Program-made: the position numbers and the translations under genes
Origin: Patescibacteria group bacterium
GTDB lineage: Bacteria > Patescibacteriota > Minisyncoccia > Phycocordibacterales > PALSA-1337
DNA length: 48,646 nt
NCBI GenBank assembly: GCA_038065395.1
Contig: JBBTRB010000002.1
Span: forward strand, 1 to 48,646
Direction of reading: 5' to 3'
Shown here: positions 44,385 to 48,646 of the stretch, piece after piece
Layout of the letters: every line of letters begins with the position of its first letter
Numbering within the stretch: the stretch's first letter is position 1
The notes under the pieces: generated by a model
Database searches by the model: none
Told to the model about the DNA's origin: nothing
What the model saw: the letters and a program-made list of their open reading frames with translations, nothing else

Positions 44385-45119
44385 CTATTTCTTAGGTGAA
44401 TTATCCTGTGCTCGCAACGATGCGCGAGGTACCTTGATCAGGTTGTTGAGGGCGGCGATGGTGACGCGTGCGTTGTTGAGGGGGTTCTTACTGCCTGAAA
44501 GGAATTTGGCACAGACGTCCTTGATACCTGCAAGCTCGATGACGGCACGAGCCGAACTACCAGCGATCACACCGCGTCCGCGAGCTGGGAAGATCATGAT
44601 GCGGGCACTGGCGTACTTTGCCTCGACAGCATGAGGGATCGTCATCTGAGGAGAAAGAGGAACTTTGATGATGTTCTTGCGAGCTTCACGAGTGGCCTTT
44701 TCTACTGCACCAGCAGTATCGATACCTTTGCCGAGTCCGACACCGACGCGTCCTTTGCGGTCCCCTGCGACGACCGAAACACTAAAGTTCATACGGCGTC
44801 CACCAGAAGTCACACGAGTTACGCGACGGATGTCGATGATCTTGGAGTCGAATTCTGGTTTGACTCTCTCACGATTGTCTCCACCACTACGACGACCTCC
44901 AGCACCACGTCCACCAGGTCCTGCGGAACCTGGAGCACCTCTCTGACCTCCACGATGTGGAGCTTCTCCACGCATCTTGCGACCAGGTGTGAGCTTGTTC
45001 GCGGTTGCAGCTCCCAGTGGAGCCGATGCAGCAGCATCAGCTCCGATAGAAGCTTCAACAACCCCTGGAGTGACCTTGGTTTCGGTAGTGATATTCTGTT
45101 GTGTTTCTTTTGCTGTCAT
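44385..45119 (-). CDS. rpsE: 30S ribosomal protein S5 with a ~85-aa Gly/Arg-rich N-terminal extension
   Basis: The core IIDIRRVTRVTSGGRRMNFSVSVVAGD...GLGKG is preceded by a low-complexity region. Confidence 0.93.
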   Translation of the reverse strand: MTAKETQQNITTETKVTPGVVEASIGADAAASAPLGAATANKLTPGRKMRGEAPHRGGQRGAPGSAGPGGRGAGGRRSGGDNRERVKPEFDSKIIDIRRVTRVTSGGRRMNFSVSVVAGDRKGRVGVGLGKGIDTAGAVEKATREARKNIIKVPLSPQMTIPHAVEAKYASARIMIFPARGRGVIAGSSARAVIELAGIKDVCAKFLSGSKNPLNNARVTIAALNNLIKVPRASLRAQDNSPKK

Positions 45120-45128
45120 ATGTGTTGA

Positions 45129-45479
45129 TTAAAACTCAAGTCCTCCTTCACGAGCTACATCGGCGACCATCTTGATCTTACCGGTATAGAGGTATCCTCC
45201 ACGATCGAACACGACCTTGGTGACGCCTGCACTCTTGGCCTTCTGTGCGATCTCTCGACCAAGCTCCTTGGCCTTGTCGACCGGAGTTGCACCCTTGATG
45301 GTACGAGTATCAGCAGAGACGAGCGTGTGACCCTTGGTATCATCGATCACCTGCACGTACAAATATTTGTGTGATCGGAAAATAGCCAAACGTGGTCGCT
45401 CTGCGGTACCACTGATCTTGGCGCGAGTACGTGACTTGCGTCGTGCGAATATTGCTTGTTTTTTCTTGAGGATACTCAT
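45129..45479 (-). CDS. rplR: 50S ribosomal protein L18
   Basis: RPRLAIFRSHKYLYVQVIDD...VFDRGGYLYTGKI. Confidence 0.95.
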   Translation of the reverse strand: MSILKKKQAIFARRKSRTRAKISGTAERPRLAIFRSHKYLYVQVIDDTKGHTLVSADTRTIKGATPVDKAKELGREIAQKAKSAGVTKVVFDRGGYLYTGKIKMVADVAREGGLEF

Positions 45480-45485
45480 GGTATT

Positions 45486-46019
45486 TTATGCGGCTTTCTT
45501 GCCTTCCTTACGACGGATAACTTCGTCTGAATAACGAATACCCTTACCGAGGTATGGTTCTGGCTTCTTGATCGCACGGACCTGTGCGGCGAACTGGCCG
45601 ACCTTTTCGCGATCGATGCCTGAGACGGTGACGATGTTCTTCTCGGCAGTTACCTTGAGGTCAGCAGGGATAGGAACATTGACTGGGTGAGAGAAACCGA
45701 GAGCCATGTTGAGGACTGTGCCTTTGACTTCTGACTTGAAACCGATACCTTCGATGATGAGCTTCTTTTGGAAAGGAGCATGAACACCTGCAAGCATGTT
45801 CTTGATATGTGCGGCATAGGTACCGATGAGTGCCTTGGTTTCGAGAGATGCGCGAGCTGGGGTGAGTTGTATAGAATCTGCATCTACGACGATGTTGACG
45901 TGTGGGCGGAAAGTCTTGGTCAATGTTCCCAATGGACCCTTCACGGTGAAAATACCTTCTGAATAGGTAGCTTCAGTTTTTGCAGGGAGAGCTATTGGTT
46001 TTTTTGCGAGTCGTGACAT
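45486..46019 (-). CDS. rplF: 50S ribosomal protein L6
   Basis: MSRLAKKPIALP...; the two-domain L6 layout, ending KGIRYSDE. Confidence 0.95.
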   Translation of the reverse strand: MSRLAKKPIALPAKTEATYSEGIFTVKGPLGTLTKTFRPHVNIVVDADSIQLTPARASLETKALIGTYAAHIKNMLAGVHAPFQKKLIIEGIGFKSEVKGTVLNMALGFSHPVNVPIPADLKVTAEKNIVTVSGIDREKVGQFAAQVRAIKKPEPYLGKGIRYSDEVIRRKEGKKAA

Positions 46020-46034
46020 GTGTGTATATAAAGG

Positions 46035-46427
46035 TTACCAAATCTTGAACAAGACCTCGCCGCCGACCTTATGCTTCTTGGCCTCGACGTCGATCATGAT
46101 ACCCTTTGGGGTAGACAAGAAGGTGTTGCCGAAACCACTGCGGTACATGCGGATATCTGCAGACTTCTGATAGATACGGCGAGATGGCTTGGAAATACGT
46201 TCAACACCGTGGATACGTGCGCCACCCTCAAAGTAGACGAGTCCGACGACCAAACTGCGAGTAAAAGGCTTGCCCTTCTTCTCGACGGTTGTGACATATC
46301 CGGCTTTCTTGAGAGCGTGAACAACGTTCTCAGCGAACTTGGAATATGAAACTTCCACGGCAGTATTGCCGGCAGCACTGCCGTTCTTGAGGCGAATGAT
46401 GAGGTCTGAGATAGGATCGGTTACCAT
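46035..46427 (-). CDS. rpsH: 30S ribosomal protein S8
   Basis: [13 protein letters not shown]... and the C-terminal GGEVLFKIW. Confidence 0.95.
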   Translation of the reverse strand: MVTDPISDLIIRLKNGSAAGNTAVEVSYSKFAENVVHALKKAGYVTTVEKKGKPFTRSLVVGLVYFEGGARIHGVERISKPSRRIYQKSADIRMYRSGFGNTFLSTPKGIMIDVEAKKHKVGGEVLFKIW

Positions 46428-46606
46428 GATGATTTCTTAATACCAGGAATAAGACCTTCATTGGCGAATTCACGGAAGCAGATACGGCAGAGGTCAAAAT
46501 CTCTCATATAACTGCGCTTTCGACCACAACGGAAACAGCGTCGAACGACACGCGACTTGAATTTCGGTGTCTTTTTGGATCGTGCTATAACTGATGTTTT
46601 TGCCAT
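46421..46606 (-). CDS. rpsZ: 30S ribosomal protein S14, zinc-binding type Z
   Basis: 61 aa with CxxC...CxxC (RCFRCGR...LCRIC). Confidence 0.93.
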   Translation of the reverse strand: MAKTSVIARSKKTPKFKSRVVRRCFRCGRKRSYMRDFDLCRICFREFANEGLIPGIKKSSW

Positions 46607-46845
46607 ATATGCAGTGTGGGCAATGAAATGACGATTGGTTAGCTATTCCCCGAGGGGACATGCTTCCAATCGATAATTCCTCGTAATACTGGGTATTTGC
46701 AGAGGTAGAGAAGATACTAGCAGATGGTGGCCAGAGAGTCAACACTTCCCCTAGGGTAGACCTAGGGGTAAGACTCGCACTTGACTAACCTATACTTTTA
46801 TAATACAGTATGAATGAACAACTGTTTTGAACCTTGTAATACATT

Positions 46846-47307
46846 ATGCAAATAGACGAATCAACGTGCGCCGCTTCCACCATCCGCATTCTCCAAGCCG
46901 CAACAGATATTGCTCTTCGCGGAAGAGAAACTGAGGTCGAACCACACCATGTACTCTTGGCCATGTGCGAAGATCCTTCGACCATTGGACACTTCGAAAA
47001 AGTATTCGGTTTCAGTGTATCCGCAACAAGAGAGTCGCTCGATCGTACCTATGGTGCCCGAGGGCACACCTCAGACGAGAGAACGTCCCCTTCGATCAAG
47101 TACTCTGCGGATCTCACAGAGGGGTTCGAACGAGCCTATTCACTTCTCGAGGAACTTCGTTTCACCCGAGTCAACTCGATAACACTCCTCGTAGGACTCA
47201 TCCATCCCGAGAATACCGACCAGCGCATGGCTGACGTGTTCAAAGGCCTGGGACTCACCTATGCTGAAATCTTTTCGAAAGCATCAGCGAAACTCCCTCG
47301 AGAATAG
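46846..47307 (+). CDS. Clp N-terminal (Clp_R repeat) domain protein
   Basis: ILQAATDIALRGRETEVEPHHVLLAM...; a second repeat is ...SITLLVGLIHPEN. No AAA domain follows. Confidence 0.7.
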   Translation: MQIDESTCAASTIRILQAATDIALRGRETEVEPHHVLLAMCEDPSTIGHFEKVFGFSVSATRESLDRTYGARGHTSDERTSPSIKYSADLTEGFERAYSLLEELRFTRVNSITLLVGLIHPENTDQRMADVFKGLGLTYAEIFSKASAKLPRE

Positions 47308-47323
47308 TCCCCATCACACCACT

Positions 47324-47352
47324 GCCCCTCGCATCGTCGAGGGGCATTTTTT
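47324..47352. terminator. bidirectional terminator hairpin between convergent genes
   Basis: gcccctcg-catcgt-cgaggggc followed by atttttt. Confidence 0.7.
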
Positions 47353-48646
47353 ATTCCCTCTCCATATACCCCAACAACACTCTCGCAAGTCGAATATCCT
47401 TGAATGAGATATTAGGTGGCACCTTGGCTTTGACCGACGAGAGGAGAGGTGGTTTGTTATCCTTTTGCCTGAGCACCACTTCTTCCAAAGCCTTCTCGAT
47501 CTTGGTGAGATACTGCGGAGAGATCTCGTATTTCAAATATTCGATATCTTTCATCGAGACCTTTTCAGGATCAGAGACTCCTTCTTGGGAAGAAGCTGCG
47601 ACCAGATGCTCGACATGCGAGATGATCGTCTCCACCGTCATGTCACGCGCTTGTGCAATTTCCTTGAGAGATGCTCGTGAACGGATGAGCTTCGCGGTCT
47701 TGGCGTACGTTGATTCTTTTATTGCTTTTTGCTTCTTGCTTTTTCCATTCCCCATCTTGTGAAGCGGCGCCACCTTGGCCAGGAATTCATTCTGGGTTTG
47801 GATCAGATCTTTGCTATCGGCACTTTCGAGAACTCTCTCAGCTTTGTCGGAGAGCTGTCGCAAATGTCGATCATACTCCAGAACCTCCGGATGCACGTGC
47901 AGTGCGTTCTCATTTATCCCGAGGATCGTCAACCCATTGAGCGTACGAACACGCGACAGTGCCACGTATCCCATACCCGGCTCGAAAGCCTTCGAGAGAT
48001 CTACCTCTACTGCATCCAGACTCATACCCTGACTCTTGTGCACAGTGATCGCCCAGGCTAGGCGCAATGGATATTGGTTGATCTCAGCCAAGAGCCTGCC
48101 ACTATCCTCGACTTTCCAACTAGCGAGTTCGATGGTGACCTTCCTTCCCTGAGGAAACTCCGGAGTCGGCACTGTCTGGATCACTGGGTCGAGCCCGAAT
48201 CCACAGGAGATGATCGTACCAAGGGTTCCGTTGACGTACCCTTTGTCGAAATTGTTTTTGACACACATCACATGTGCACCCTTGCGCAGACGGAGCATCC
48301 CTGGAGCCAAGCACGACTTCTTGAGCGCTTCCACCAGGGGCTTCTTGCCTTTTGACGTCATCTCATAGATAGACTCAGGACCAGAGACTTTTCCGAGTTC
48401 GGTGTCGTTGACCTTATCGACGTCGATGTTGTGAGTATAGAGCCGGGTCGGAATGATGCCGGTGATCGTACGTTTGTTGTAGCGATTCTTGAGCTCGTCA
48501 CGCGCACCGTCGGAGACTTCACCGGAGCGGATCTCGTTGAGGATCGAGAGATGCGCATCGTCTTTCTGGCGATAATTCTCGGAGAGGTAGCAGACAGTGA
48601 AGCCTCCTTCCTTCCACGCTTCTGATCGATAGATAAAATGCGTATC
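47351..48646 (-). CDS. PIF1/RecD-like helicase, C-terminal part (N-terminus beyond the window end), with a C-terminal HTH-like tail
   Basis: LRLAWAITVHKSQGMSLD and GMGYVALSRVRTLNGL. My translation of the same frame upstream of the first Met (48362-48646: DTHFIYRSEAWKEGGFTVCYLSENYRQKDD...) is open to the window edge. Confidence 0.85.
   Translation of the reverse strand, partial: DTHFIYRSEAWKEGGFTVCYLSENYRQKDDAHLSILNEIRSGEVSDGARDELKNRYNKRTITGIIPTRLYTHNIDVDKVNDTELGKVSGPESIYEMTSKGKKPLVEALKKSCLAPGMLRLRKGAHVMCVKNNFDKGYVNGTLGTIISCGFGLDPVIQTVPTPEFPQGRKVTIELASWKVEDSGRLLAEINQYPLRLAWAITVHKSQGMSLDAVEVDLSKAFEPGMGYVALSRVRTLNGLTILGINENALHVHPEVLEYDRHLRQLSDKAERVLESADSKDLIQTQNEFLAKVAPLHKMGNGKSKKQKAIKESTYAKTAKLIRSRASLKEIAQARDMTVETIISHVEHLVAASSQEGVSDPEKVSMKDIEYLKYEISPQYLTKIEKALEEVVLRQKDNKPPLLSSVKAKVPPNISFKDIRLARVLLGYMERE

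Noticed and set aside
46783-46805. A promoter TTGACT...TATAAT in the S14/Clp-N gap
   Set aside because: The spacer between the two hexamers is only ~12 nt, so the pair is not a plausible sigma70 promoter as spaced.
48358-48558. ORF 48358..48558 (-) as a separate gene upstream of the helicase
   Set aside because: The helicase reading frame itself continues without a stop from 48361 to the window end, with helicase-like sequence. The 66-aa ORF is an out-of-frame shadow.

Overview
This 48.6-kb window is dominated by minus-strand housekeeping genes from a small, compact bacterial genome. The gene content is reminiscent of CPR/Patescibacteria or another reduced Gram-positive-like lineage. That placement is inference only: there is no L30 gene between S5 and L15, the type IV pilus locus has no secretin in the window, GatCA is present, and intergenic gaps are short.

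Gene order:
- tRNA-Asp (partial), tRNA-Met and tRNA-fMet
- an orphan ORF and a membrane ORF
- gatA-gatC and ligA
- a ~15-kb type IV pilus locus, read along the minus strand: pilM-pilN-pilO-small ORF-pilB-receiver-pilT-pilC-pilin, then a visibly AT-richer GT2/polytopic-membrane fusion plus a methyltransferase, then a second pilin-pilD-four minor pilins
- comFC, tyrS-trhO, an orphan ORF, tRNA-Ser
- a MutY-like glycosylase, recG, tRNA-Ile(UAU), ftsH
- an SOS-box-like palindrome followed by a UmuD'-like gene and a Y-family polymerase
- an orphan ORF, ssrA (tmRNA)-smpB, cls, infC-rpmI-rplT, a beta-CASP nuclease
- ndk-map-adk-secY-rplO-rpsE-rplR-rplF-rpsH-rpsZ
- a Clp-N protein and a PIF1-like helicase that runs off the window

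The most unusual signal is a family of three homologous ~165-185-nt elements. Each sits immediately 3' of a different stable-RNA gene (tRNA-Met, tRNA-Ser, tmRNA). Each is bounded by a direct repeat of that gene's T-loop-to-3'-end segment. Each also carries an internal antisense copy of that same segment, split by a hairpin. Several helices co-vary between copies. I cannot assign the family to any RNA or mobile-element class I know.

Secondary signals:
- 28-nt tracts built from four heptamers, found twice inside ligA and in the 40-residue leaders of two prepilin ORFs
- a repeat/hairpin-rich in-frame insertion in recG
- a low-GC glycosylation module splitting the pilus locus
- a UmuD'-like protein lacking both catalytic residues
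- a tRNA-Ile with anticodon UAU
- several REP/MITE-like palindromes
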